DNA of 64,000 nucleotides from Mobula hypostoma (lineage: Eukaryota). Under the pieces are notes generated by a model. The model was not told the DNA's origin. It searched no databases and saw nothing but the letters and a program-made list of their open reading frames with translations. The stretch covers positions 23,374,001-23,438,000 of the forward strand of contig NC_086108.1 in NCBI RefSeq assembly GCF_963921235.1. The letters run 5' to 3'. A program made the translations under genes and the position numbers. Of this stretch, positions 37,976 through 50,682 are shown one piece after another; the stretch's first letter is position 1; each line of letters begins with the position of its first letter.

Positions 37976-39577
37976 TTGGTTGGACCTGTACAGGCTATTT
38001 GACCAGGGAGGGACTGTGCTTGATATTATCTTAGGGAATGAGGATAGGTAACAGATTTTATTGTTTATGTAGGAGCCCTTTGGAAATGGTAATGATAGCT
38101 CAGTAAATTATGGAAAAAGATAAGATAGGGCCCTAAGCACTGGCGGTATAGGGGTGGATGAAGCGGATGATGTCGTGGAAACTGATTTTGATAACGAAGA
38201 TCATGACCTGGGAAAGAGAGATTGTGAACAGCTGCTAGTGGTAAAGCAACAGCTAATGTGGGAGCCATTTAAAAGCAAGATAAAAGCTGTGTTCAAGATT
38301 AGTATGTCCCTATCCGTAAAAGAGGCAAAGATGGTAAATTTAGGTAACCTTGGTGATGAAGGATATTGAAGGTTTGAACAGGGAAAGGGGGAAGTATGTC
38401 CAAAGAGAATCCTGAAATCTTTTATGAGCATATTATATGCACGAGGGAAGCTAAATAGGGAAAAGATACAAGAGAGGGAATCTATGATGGACCCAGGGTA
38501 TATAAGCAAGATCTGATTTGAATACTTCTCATCAGTATTCACAAGGGGGAGGTACATGGAGGCTGAAGAATTAAAGGAGCAATACACTGCAATTCTGGGC
38601 CATAGCTCTATCAGGATGGAAATATGGAGTGCTGGAAATATTGGAGCACATTAGGGTGATTCGTTCCCTAAGTGAAGGAAGCAAGCAAGGAGATTGCTAG
38701 GGATCATACGGAGATTTCTGCAGTTTTGTTAACCATGGCTGATGTAACAGAAGACCAGAAGAATGCTAATGTTGTTCAGAAGTAAGCAGTAGGGATAGGC
38801 CAACAAACTACAGGCTGGTATGACTTACATCAGTGATGGGGAAGTTGTTGAAGAAGGTTCTGAGGGACATGATTTATATTCACTTGGAAGGGCAGAGACT
38901 GATAAGAGGAATAAACTGAATTTTGTGCAGAGGAGATCATGTCTCACAAATCTGCATGAGTTTTTAAGCAGGTAACTAAGAAGATGGATGAAGATAGACA
39001 TGGCTTACATGAACTTTAAGTGTTTTGACAAAATCTGGTATTGTAGGCTTTTGCAGAACATGAAGACACAAGGTATCTGAGGCGTGCTGGTGAACTGGAT
39101 CTATAATGAGTTACTTGGTAGGAGGAATGGGGTAGGGATTCTACTGACTGAAGTCTTCGTCACGTGATGTGCAATGTGATCAATGCACAGATCTTTGTAC
39201 TACAGAGCAATGACTTGGAGTAGAGCTTAAGGCAGTGGGATGAAGTTTGGAGAAGATGCAAATACGGGTGGACTTGTGGATAGTGAAGAAATTTCAGGGG
39301 AACAGTCGGGCATAGATCAGATGAAAATTTGGGTGGAGTGGCGGTGGATGGGGTATCATCTAGCCAAGTGCAAGCTAATGCTCATGGAAGCATTATTAAA
39401 GTAAATGGCAGAGACTGTAGGAGCATTGATGTATAGAGAGACATTGGGATGCAAGTCCAAAGCTCTCTAACAGTGATGCCATAGGAAGAAAAGGAAGTGA
39501 AAAGGCATTTGCTATGCCTACCTTCATAGTCCAAGGCACTGAATATAAGATATGGGATATTGTGCCATAGTTATATA

Positions 39578-40620
39578 TTTTTTTAAATTCAGAGATGAAG
39601 CATGGACAGGCCCTGCCAGTGCAATGAGATGTGATGCCCAGCAACCCACCTATTTAACGCTAGACTAATCACAAAACAATTTGCAATGACCAATTAACCT
39701 ACTAACAGTACCCATAAACTCTTCTCAGGCTTCCAGCTGGGTCCAGGGATCAATTTTAACCAGTGTTTCGATGACATACTCCGCCATCTTTGCATCAAGG
39801 ATGATGCCCAGGCATGTCTAGTCCAGTGGTATATATACTTATCTCCCGTTGTCCATCTCTCCTGATTAGTTAGTCCTCAACCAATCAGGTTTCCGCTGTC
39901 CCACCTTGTTTAAAATTATATTCCAATTCTTACTTAGAGTGAGACCCTCATTTTTGTTGAAATTCTTTCTGAAGTTTGGTGACCAGAACTGTACACAATA
40001 TAAGTCGGATCAGGGAGCATTGGAGGCGTATCCGTTTGGGTTATCCAGGGAAATAAGTGGAAGCAGAACGTTGCAGGATTGACTTTAACAGCACACAACT
40101 ACTGTGCCACATCAACGCTTTTGGGACCGCCTGGTGAAGGCAGCCATTGAAATAAGACTGTAGAGGATAATAATTTCAACAGAAACAAAGGTCTCACTCC
40201 AAGTAAGAAATGGAATACAGTTTTTATCAAGGTGGGACAACATAAAGCTGATTGGTTGAGGACTAACCAATCAGGAAGGATGGATGGCAGGGGTTGAGTA
40301 TGTATACCACCAGGGTAGTCGTGCCTAGGCATCATCCCTAATGAAGGTGGTGTATTTGTCATCGAAACGTTGGTTAAAATGGACACTTGGACCCGGCTGG
40401 AAGCCTGAGAAGAGCTTATGCATCATATATGCCTGGGAAGAATGAGTTCCTTTTTTTTCTACTAATGGTATGTCTCTAAACCCTGGAAGGAAACGGGACC
40501 CCCCAGGGAAATACACACAGTCATGGGGAGAACACACAAATTCCCCACAGACAGTGCCAGAATTGAACTCCAAGCTCCAACACCTCATGTTGTAATAGCA
40601 TTGCGCCAATCTCCACACTA
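39578..40620 (-). mobile_element. tRNA-derived V-SINE/HE1-like SINE split by a Penelope insertion
   Basis: Head at 40455-40620 (reverse complement has a GAGTTCAATTC B-box and the TTCTCCCCATGAC.GTGTGTATTTCC V-domain). Tail at 39578-39712. CTACTAA is repeated at both breakpoints. Confidence 0.7.
39714..40458. mobile_element. Second Penelope family: GIY-YIG C-terminus and hammerhead tail with an inverted duplicate (pseudo-LTR)
   Basis: + strand 40003-40450 reads RIREHWRRIRLGYP...FWDRLVKAAIEIRL...NFNRNKGL. Inverted copy at about 39718-39968. Both carry a mutated CTGATGA...GAAAC motif. Confidence 0.75.
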
Positions 40621-41565
40621 CATTAGTAGTACGTATTAGTTAGAATTCTAGCGAGTTATGTACAGTTCCGGTCACCAAACTACAGAAAGGATTCAGTAGC
40701 ATAGAGAGCAGACAGAAGAAATTCACCAGGATGTTGACTAGAATGAAGAGCTGTAGTTATGTCGAGAGATTGGATAGACTGGGTTTAGTCTCACTGGAAG
40801 TTAGGAGGCTGAGGAGTGACTTATGGAGGTTTGTAAAATTGTGATGAACATAAAAATCAGAATCTTTTCCCCAGTACGAGGGTCTAGAATTAGAGGACAC
40901 TGGGGTTAGGTGAATGACACAGAGGTGACTATTTGGAGGTGGTGGAGGTAGATACAATATCAATGATTAAAAGCATTGAGACAGCTAGTTGGACAGGAAG
41001 GGTGCAGAGCGATATCGGGTTAATACGGGCAAATGGGATTAATGTAATGTAATGGGAATAAACGATGGAATGAACGAGTTGGGCCAAAACCGCCAATTTC
41101 TGTGCTGTAGGTTTCTATATTTCTATGACTGTGAGGTCCAACAGTAGCTATGGTCAATAGTTTTATTAAAATTTATATTTTGGAGGAACAGAAACAATAA
41201 TTGGATGTCAAGATTATTTTAAAAATGTCTCAATGTTTATGGTTCTATTCTGAACTGTTTCATAGGTGCATAAGTATGCCCCCTCAGGTTTGTGGACTTG
41301 TTCAGCATTACTTGTTTCAGTCACGTTGATTTTTTTCTGAGCACAATGGACCACAGGGCACAGTTTAATTTTGTGGATCAAGTCTAGTGATTAAAGAAAG
41401 AATGTGGCAGTTCTGAACATTAGGGCCACAGAGATTTGGAGATAATGCAAGATAATAGTGTTAAGGTAGATCAGCTATGATCTTGATGAATTGTGGAACA
41501 GGCTGACCTGCTCCTGCTCCTAGATTAGCTGACCTTTAGTGACTTGTGTACAAGCATGGCGTGCC

Positions 41566-41985
41566 ATGTTGAGTGAACTCTGCCTTTTCTCCTTGGACCG
41601 ACGGAGGATGAGAGGTGACCTGATAGAGGTGTACGAGATAATGAGAGGCATTAATTGTGTGGATAGTCAGAGGCTTTTTCCCAGGGCTGAAATGGCTAGC
41701 ACGAGAGGGCATAGTTTTAAGGTGCTTGAAAGTAGGTACAGCGGAGATGTCAGGGGTAAGTTTTTTACACAGAGGGTGGTGAGTGAGCGGAATGGGCTGC
41801 TGGCAACAGTGGCGGAGGTGGAAACAATAGGGTCTTATAAGAGACTCCTGGATGGATACATGGAGCTTAGAAAAATAGAGGGTTATGGGTAAGCCTAGGT
41901 AGTTCTAAGGTAGGGACATGTTTGGCACAGCTTTGTGGGCCGAAGGGCCCGTATTATGCTGTAGGTTTTCTTTGTTTGTATGTTT
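41566..41985 (+). mobile_element. Short CR1 3' end
   Basis: LSELCLFSLDRRRMRGDLIEVYEIMRG...FFTQRVV and a 3' UTR. Confidence 0.9.
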
Positions 41986-42911
41986 ATATGTCGCTTTGTA
42001 CATCAACACATGGCACATCCCTTTTCATGCTTTGTGCAACCAAGTGGATGACCTTGTATCCTCTGCATCCACCATCAACCACTTCTTTACCTGTTCACCC
42101 AGCTTGTTATATGACCTTAAAACTTCTTTACATCCTCCCCCATGTTCACAATCCCTCGTATAGGATCATGACCAGACTTGGAAAAAGGACTGCTCAATGT
42201 GGAAATATATTTTGATTAGTTTATTCATTGCAGACCATTGTCTTTTGGTGGACTATCAGTACAGATTCTGTTGAAGAGGTTTCACAGGATGCAGAGCCTG
42301 CTGGTTTACAAACAGCAAAGTACTTAAATGCTTGCTTTGATCTATCTTGAAGATTAAACAATGATGATAGGTTCGGAATTTGGCAATTGTAATTTAACCC
42401 CCAATATTTAGTTCCTACATTCACACTGCGGCAGGCTCCATTTGATTACCCTAGGTGCCACAAATACATATAGTTGAGCTTAATATGAGATAGTTGTCTT
42501 GCTTCTTTCAACATATAGAGGAGACAGATTACAGCTTTTCACTCTCCCCATCATCTCTTGAGACATTGCTTACAACGAAGCTGTGATGCAGCTATATGGT
42601 TACAATAAATAATCATAAATAAGTACATCTTTCCAAAAATGTATTTATTTATTGCATGTGTTTAGGATGTCACTGATATTTACTACTCATCCCTAACTTA
42701 CTTTAAGAAGGTGATTTGAGCTGCTTTTGAAAACCACTTCAGTCCTTGTGAAATTCCTTCCACAGTAGTTCGATGACAGTTCAAGAATTTCGATCCATTG
42801 AGAAGCGTATATTTCTGAGTCAGAATGGTTTGGGACTTGCAGATGATAGGGTTTCCACATGCTTGCTCGTTCTAGCTGGTTTGGGCTTAAATCAGCATGG
42901 ACGTTTTCTTG

Positions 42912-42992
42912 CAACACACATCAAAGTTGCTGGTGAACGCAGCAGGCCAGGCAGCATCTATAGGAAGAGGTGCAGTTGACGTTTCAGGCCGA
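42912..42992 (-). mobile_element. About 85-bp Penelope tail insertion truncated inside the hammerhead
   Basis: Near-identical to the reverse complement of 60295-60378. Flanked by the direct repeat GACGTTTTCTTG (42900-11, 42993-43004). Confidence 0.85.
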
Positions 42993-43513
42993 GACGTTTT
43001 CTTGTTTCTTACACTCTCACAAACGGAATTGTGCTTCAGAATTCTGTGGTTAAAACTGATATTATTTCATATGTAATTGTTGTGTAATAACCTTTCAAGT
43101 GAGAATCATTATACATTTTGCCAACACATTGCCAATCACTTTCTAAAATACAATGATGCATTGAAGGAACGTGCAGCCAACTTGACTTTGGTTAACCAGT
43201 GTTAAGATTGTTGTGATGCCTTTGCCTAAACAATGGCCTTCAAAACAACAGCAATACCTAATAAATCATTAGCTGTTGTTGACTTTAGTGACTGTTAAAT
43301 TTGATATTGATCAGTATGACTAGAATGAGGAAAAATGCAAGTGACTGGGGTTACATCTAGCTTTTTGGCAAAATGTTCTTTTATTGCCCTGTAACTTCTC
43401 AGATTGTTTTCAGGAATTAACAGAAATGATTTACTTATGAACCAAGATCTGTCAGAAACTGGTTCATTTCCTGATAATTTTTGTCCCATGCAAGGGTCAT
43501 TTATTAAAAGACT

Positions 43514-43766
43514 TTTTTTTTTGAGTGCCATACTCTGCCAGAGCTTCGGTGACCACTTTTCAAGTGGTTGTTTTGGAGGAAAGATTCTGTGAGTGGTCCC
43601 CCACTTCCTTCTCACAGCGCAGTTTTTTTTTATGAGGCCGGGTTGCGAGCTTGACACTCAACCCGGCACGGATGGAAAGCGTGCCCGGGAGTGGCCCAAC
43701 TGGGTTTGAACTCGGGAACCTTCGCTCCGGAGTCCGGCGCTGATGTCACTGCGCCACCAGCTGGCC
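43514..43766 (-). mobile_element. Young bipartite tRNA-derived SINE
   Basis: Reverse complement: A-box TGGCGCAGTGA, B-box GTTCAAACC, internal A run, a 3' module of about 100 bp, A tail. Perfect 11-bp TSD ATTAAAAGACT (43503-13, 43767-77). Confidence 0.85.
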
Positions 43767-43929
43767 ATTAAAAGACTACTTATGTGTAAAATATAACTAA
43801 AATATGGAATCATTACATGACATACTACAGGCAAAGTGGAATAGGTATGCAGTAAGGCCAAGAGAGGTCAAGAACAACACAGTAGATCAAATTATTCTTG
43901 TGCATTTATCATGCCGAGTTCAAGGGCAT

Positions 43930-45440
43930 TATAGAACATATAACAGCACAACACAGTACAGGCCCTTTGGCTCACAATGTTATGCCCACCTACATAAACT
44001 TATTCCATGGTCAATCTAACTCTTCCTTCTGACACCATCCATAAATCTTCATTTTCTTTTTACATCCATGTGCCTATATAAGAGCCTCCAAAATGATCCT
44101 ATTGTATCCATATTTACCACCACACTTGGTAGTGCATTTCAGGCACACACAGTCTCTGTGGGAAACACCTACTGCCAACAATTCCCCAACCGTTTCCTCC
44201 ACTCACCTTAAACAGATGTCCTGTGGTATTGATCATTCTCACCCTGGGGAAAAAGGCGCAGGCTTGTCTACTCTATCTATGCCTCTGTTCGTCTTATACG
44301 CTATCAAGTTGCTTCTCAGCTTCCTTTCCTCTAAGGAGAAAAGCCCTAGCTCGCTCAATCTTTCCTCATAAAACACATTACCTAATCTAGGCAGCATTGT
44401 CTCTAAATCTTCCATATCCTTCCTATAATAAAGCAACATGTTAATGCTTAACGTGTAGTCTGACCAGAGTTTTACAGAGCTGCAACATAACCTCGCAGCT
44501 TTCCTATTCAGTCCCTTGAGCAATGAATGTCAACACACCATATGTCGACCTTCTTAACCACCTAATCGGCTTGCATGGCAAACTTGAGGGATCTATGGAT
44601 GTGAGCCCCAAGATCCCTCTGTTCCTCCAAACTGCTAAGAATCCTAGCATTAACGTTGTAGTTTGATTTTCCACAGTGTATCACTTCATACTTCTGCAGA
44701 TTGAACTCCATCTGCCATTTCCCTGGCCAGCTCCGCATCCTATATATATATCCCTTTGTAACCTACGACAATCTTACACAACACCCCCAACCTTTGTATC
44801 ATCTGCAACCTTACTATCCCACCCTTCCACTTCCTCACCCAAATTCTTTATAAAAGTTACAAAGAGCAGGGGTTCCAGAACAGGTGCCTGCAGAACACCA
44901 CTAGTCATAGACATTTAGGGAGAATATGCTCCATCTACCTCTACCTCTGCCTTCTTAGTGCAAACTAATTTCAAATTCATGCAGCCAGATTTCCATCAAT
45001 CTCATGCCTCTTGACTTTCCAGATGAACCTACCATTGGGAACCTTGTCAGACATCTTTCAAAACACCCCATCCACCACTCTATCTTCATCTACTTGCTTT
45101 GTCACCTGCTTGAAAATCTCATTATGTTTGTGAGGCAGGGCATGCCCCTTACGAAGCTATGCTGACTATCCCTAATACAACAACACTTCTCGAAATGCAG
45201 GTAAATCCTGTCACTAAGAATCCTCTCCATTAGTTTGCCCACCACTGACCTAAGACCCACTAGTCTATAATCCCAGAGTTATCTATATTAACTTTCTTGA
45301 ACGTTGGAACAACATTTGCAATCCTGCAATCCTCTGCTATTACTCCTGTGGCCAAGGAGGATGCAAGCATTGCTCTCAATACCCCAGAAATCTTTTCCTC
45401 TTTTCCTTTACTTCCCGTAGTAACCCGGGATATATCAGCT
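43930..45440 (-). mobile_element. Antisense decayed CR1 (RT and 3' UTR)
   Basis: AEDCRIANVVPTFKK and [19 protein letters not shown] on the minus strand. Confidence 0.85.
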
Positions 45441-46289
45441 CTCACTCTTTCTTTGGCACTCAGAATCTGTGATACGTTTTTATCTTTTTTTTCAGCCCTC
45501 TTTCCCTGATATTATCAGTAGCTTTTTGTTAGGCAGTGTTAGATCTTGGCTCTATGGGCAGAATTTACGACGCAAGGGATTTTGTTTTGTATTTGGACAT
45601 TATCACTGGATTAAAATGACAATTAGCAACTAATAGTTTTGATGTGAATGAGGTGGTTCTTGATAAATCCCCACGCAGTCTGCCAAGAAATGTTGTTCCG
45701 CTCTGTCCTTCTTTGTGCTGGTTTGAAAAGTTTTAAAGTTCTTTAAGAGGAATAAACAAAAGTCAACAAAAAGAAATCTTCTGCATGAAATATTTAAAGC
45801 AGCCAGTGTGAAGTACTTGATGTTTTTTAGAATTTTGAATAACAGGATTTAGTTGGAATGGGCATGATTCATTGGAATTCTATAGAAATATAGAAATAAA
45901 TTAAACCTAGTTAACAGGTACTCTGCTATAACTATTCAAAGGCCAGTGAAGTATTACTATTTTACTTGAACAGTCTGAATACACGTCTATGTAACAGTTT
46001 TAAAAAGCCTTTGCTGAACTCCTGGGTGCCGCAACACTGTAAAAGGATTTTTTATCTTTATAAATCTGCAACGTTGATTTATCAGGATGAAACCAGACAT
46101 AAGAATTAAATTATGAGGATAGACTGCATAGACTAAGTTTGTCTTCATAGAGAGTAAATACTTAAATAATGGGTCTTGTGTTGGTTAATATGTTTCACAG
46201 AGTTCAATGATAGGTGAAAGTTTGCAATAAAATTCACAGTTAGTTTTTCAACAGGATTGAACTTTTGTTACAAATAAGGTGTTTGATGA

Positions 46290-47105
46290 CTTCAAGGTTC
46301 AAAGTAAATTTATTTTCAAAGTTACATATATGTCACTATATACAAACCTGAGGTTTGTTTTCTTGCAGGCATACACAGTAAATCCAATGAACGTAATAGA
46401 ATCAATGAAAGACTGCACCCAACTGGGTGGAGAACCAGTGTGCAAAAGACAAAAAACTGTGCAAATACAAATAAAAAAAGAAATAATAATGATTAATAAA
46501 TAGGCAATAAATATTGAGAACATCAGATGAAGTATCCTTGAAAGTGAGTTTATAGATTGTGGGAACAGTTCAGTGATGGGGCAAGTGAAGTTGAGTGAAG
46601 TTATCCCCTTGGTTCAAGAGCCTGGTGGTTGAGGGGTAATAACTGTTCCTGAACCTGGTGATGTGGGTCCCAAGGCTCCTGTACTCCTTCCTGATGGCAT
46701 CAGTGAAATGGTCTGGATGGCAGGGTCCCAGATGAATCCTGCTTTCCTGCAACATCACTCTGTGTAGACGTGCTCAATGGTAGGGAGAGTTTTACCCATG
46801 ATGGACTGGGCTGTATTCACTACTTTTTGTAGGATTTTCCATTAAAGGGGATTGGTGTTTCCATATTAAGCCATGATGCAACAGGTCAATATACTCTCCA
46901 CCACACATCTGTAGAAGTTTGTCGAAGTTATACGTCATACCAAATCTTTATGAACTTCTAAGTAGAGGTGCTGCTGTGCTTTCTTTGTAATTGTACTTGC
47001 ATGCTGGACCGAGGACAGATCCTCTGAAATGATAACACAGAGGAATTTAAAGTTGCTCATCCTCACTACCTCTAATTTCCCCAATGAGGACTGGCTTATG
47101 GGCCT
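46290..47105 (-). mobile_element. Rex1/Babar-like LINE 3' fragment and UTR
   Basis: RKEYRSLGTHITRFRNSYYPSTTRLLN. Tail (reverse complement) AATAAATTTACTTTGAACCTTGA. Confidence 0.75.
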
Positions 47106-47338
47106 GTGTTGTAAATAAAGTGTTTGATCGTTTGACCTGGTAATAAATCACAGACTACTTAAAATTGGATCAATCCATTTTAAAGGAGTTGAGAAAACAA
47201 TTAAGTAATTTTGAAATGAATCTATAACTTCCCTGGGAATAATTCAAATGTCATTGAGAGCCTTAGGCTCATTTGGAATTTACCTTTTGGTTAATGAGAT
47301 GAAGGAAATTAAAATATCCTTTCTTATTGCTCCTTCAG

Positions 47339-47516
47339 ACAAAGGTTTCTTTGATCTGCAAGCATGGAAAGTGGGATGGAGCTGTGACCTGTGAACCCAT
47401 TGACTGTGGAATTCCTGACCAGTCACATGTATACCATGCCAGTTTTTTTTGCCCTGAAGGCACCACTTTTGGAAGCCAATGCATCTTCTCCTGCAATCCA
47501 CCAGCAATACTGCAAG
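47339..47516 (+). CDS. PAPPA2: Pappalysin-2-like internal exon 7 of 7 (end of CCP1, start of CCP2)
   Basis: tccttcag|ACA...CAAG|gtatag. TKVSLICKHGKWDGAVTCEPIDCGIPDQSHVYHASFFCPEGTTFGSQCIFSCNPPAILQ(G). 178 bp, phase 0 to 1. The next exon was not found in the window. Confidence 0.95.
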
Positions 47517-47779
47517 GTATAGGAATGTTAACATTCATGTTCTTTCTTCAAATAAGTAGAATGTCTTCAAATAAGATAGTTGAAATGTAAAATATTGGGA
47601 CAAAAACACACAAAAAGTTACTGTACTGCCAGCAATGCTCTACTAGAAAGGCTGTTACCCTGTGTGTAGTTCAAGCTACCAGATCAGGGTATTGATCTTA
47701 AATGATTCAAAAGTCTGTGTTCAATAAATTTGGATAATGGTGAGAAGAGATTAGCTTATGATCCTACTCTTGAATAAAA

Positions 47780-49000
47780 ACAGGAACTACTGGCTCGGGC
47801 AGTATCTGTGGAAAGGGAACAGTTACTGTTTCAGATATGCGGCCCTTCATTAGACTGTGACAGAAAGAGATAACGCGCTAACTTTCATTAGGTGAGAAGC
47901 TGGGGGTGAGATGCATAGCCTACATAGAATATCTGTGATAGGATGAGTTGAAGTAATGTAATAGCAGCTGCTACCAACACATTAATCTTCTTGTCTGTAT
48001 AAGTATTCTTAATGGACCTGCTCAGCATGCTAGACTTATACAAACAGGTTAAGAAAACTGAGACACTCTCATATACATAGAGGCAACAGTAAATGCTTTA
48101 CAGACTCACCAGGTCAAGCAGTGTCTATTATGGAGAAAGAAAAACGGTCAGCTTTTCTAATGAGGGATGCTTTATCAGATCAGGGAAAGAGAGAAGCAGG
48201 TTAGTCCTAGTAGCAGCTTAGCAAGGTGATGACTGGAACAGTGGGAATATTTCTGATGAGTGAAGTCACAGACTGATGAGATCACATAACTTCATGATAT
48301 TGTTGTGTAATTTGTTACTATGGTTGCTCTGGGATACTAGGGTGTGCCTGGCCAGCTAAACTAAGAAATAAGATGGTAGGCAAAAACCTTTCACATATAG
48401 ACAGGAAGAAAGAGCCTGTTATCTTACATTCCAGAATTTGATATTGAATCTGGAAGTCAGCTACATGCTCAGGTAAAAGATAAATTGTTTCATAATCTTA
48501 CGATGGACATTGATGCAAAGGTTCAGGAAGTCACAGAGAGAGATTCAGAATGGGAGTGGAATGGGGAATTAAAGTTGCAGGCAGCCAAAATCTCAGGATT
48601 ACTCCTATGGACTGAGCACAGGTGCTCTATAAAGTCATCTTGATTTGGTTTCTGTGATGTAAAGGGGACTACGTTGTGAACCCTGAATGCAGTGCAAGTG
48701 CAAGTGAATTGCTGCTTCGATTGGAAAGAGTTTGCTTCCTTGGATGGTGGGAAGGGAGGAGTTAAAAGTGCAGGTATTTCTCCTCTTACGTTTGCATGGT
48801 CAAGTGTGATGTGATCATGAGTAGAAAGTTGCAAAGGGAGCAATCACTATGAATTACCATAAGGAGAGGAGAGGGAGTGGGAATTTAGTGGTGGAGTTTT
48901 GCTGGCACTGGCAGAATATGGGAATTATGATCCTTTGAATATAAACGTTAGTGGAGTGTGTTTAGAGCCAGGGGAATCCTGTTCTTGCTCTCCTCCACTC
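47780..49000 (-). mobile_element. Old Penelope-like remnant(s) (GIY-YIG and degenerate hammerhead tails)
   Basis: FQSKQQFTC...FIEHLCSVHRSNPEILAACNFNSPFHSHS. Reverse complement CAGTCTAATGAAGGG...CTGAAACAGTAACTG at about 47820-47858. Confidence 0.6.
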
Positions 49001-50489
49001 TTTTGTTAGCAATCAGTGTTCCCTATTGAGAAATGTTTGTATCTGGGCATTGGTCCTGCCTAGACTTGGTTCTTGCTGTGTTGTTGTTAGTGGTGAGAAG
49101 CCACTAACAGTTAGTGGTTCATCTTCAGACAGGGCTGAGTCAGTCAGAAAATAGTAAACTTGGATGCTACGTGAGAGAAGGGAATTAAAGGAAATCAAAG
49201 AACAGAAATTTCTCTCAGCACTGAGAAGAATATTTGCTTTAGTTTCTTGTCTTCTTGGAAATCACATCACAAATCGTCTTCTGCTTGCAATTTTGTTTGC
49301 CATAAATTAAGTAGACAAGATTGAGATTCATCTAGTTTGTGTTATAGAGAAATTGACTAGGAATGGTATGCACAGTCCTAGGTACTGTCTTTACATAATA
49401 AACCTGTTCTGATTCTGATTCTTGACTTCATTCGCATTCATGGAGTCTCCAGAAAATTTAGAAAAAATATGTATCTTCAAATCTGTCAATTTTGTGTTAA
49501 TGCTTGCTATCTATTCTCATCCCATTTCACAGATCATTTGTTCTTACCATCCAATTTTATTTGAATAATCTTTCTGCCCTATTGATAAACAAGGATAAAG
49601 CCCTCCATTCTGTACTAACATTTGATATAAAAATGTTTACTTCCCTTTAAATTTTACTCTTTCATTATTGCTCTTTGCAAATCACTCCAGATTTGTATTT
49701 GGGTTTTCCTTTAACTTTCCTGTTTCAGTAAAAAAAATCTTCAAATTTCTGATCTTTTCTTAATAGGTAACAGCATAATCCTTGGAATTTGTGAGTGAAT
49801 CTGTGCTACAAACACTTTAATTTGCTGTGATCTCATTTTGTAGTCAATACTTAGAATTAAATTCAGTTTTCAAATCATTGTTTAACCAGTTAAAATTATA
49901 GATTTTTGCTTTTTAATGGTCCTATACATTAGAAATGTACCTTATAATCTGGATTTAACTGTAAGTGACTGAAATCATATTGTTTATTATAAATTTCTCA
50001 CAGTATTCATTTTCTTCATAATTTACTATGTAATTTATTCCCCTTCAAACCACATTTGCTTATTTCGTAATCAACTTTGGCTTGCTGGTGTACAAAATAC
50101 ATTGACAAATTTGAATGTATTTTGAGTGCCTATGTTCATAACATTGAGGATTAAAAGATAGCCTCAGTGCAGATTCCAAGGATAGAGAATATGGATTTAA
50201 AAAAATCCAATTACACTTATTTCTACCTTTCTGATCCCTGGTGAGTTCTATAAGCATTGCCACAATCTATTGATTGCCAAAAATTCAGTTTAACAGCAAA
50301 ACATTATCATATAAATAGATCATACAAACAGCATCATATTAACTGTTCCTGTAAGCTTGCAAACTTTGAGTTCGTGAATGTAAATGCTTCAATAGGAATG
50401 TGACTTCTTAATTAATTACAGCATTAGTCTGATTAGTTCCAGTGTTAAGTAATGTTTTTAATTGAAATAAACCAGTTAGTATAATGCTC

Positions 50490-50682
50490 TTATAGTGCCA
50501 GTGACTGGGGTACAGCTGCTGTCTGTAAGTGATCACGTGAGTTTCCTCTCGGTACTCTGGTTCCCTTCCACGTTCCAAAGATAGACGGTTTTGTAGGCTA
50601 ATTGATGTAATTGGAGAGCATGGGCTCAATAGGACGGAAGGCTCTGTATCATGTTGTATCTCAAAATAAAAATAATAAATAA
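50490..50682 (+). mobile_element. V-SINE/HE1-like SINE fragment
   Basis: gtgagtttcctctcggtactctggttccc..ccacgttccaaaga V-domain, followed by a CR1-like tail ending aaataaaaataa. Confidence 0.6.

Larger units (their letters stand above)
37995..41130 (+). mobile_element. Old decayed CR1 LINE hosting nested SINE and Penelope insertions
   Basis: Decayed FEYFSSVFT, NYRLV.LTSV.GK, VQFRSPNYRKD and LVSLE motifs, with a ttctat tail at about 41110-41130. Confidence 0.7.

Noticed and set aside
43690..43766. tRNA gene
   Set aside because: A and B boxes are present, but the sequence continues into a SINE body with an A tail and TSD and has no clean acceptor stem.
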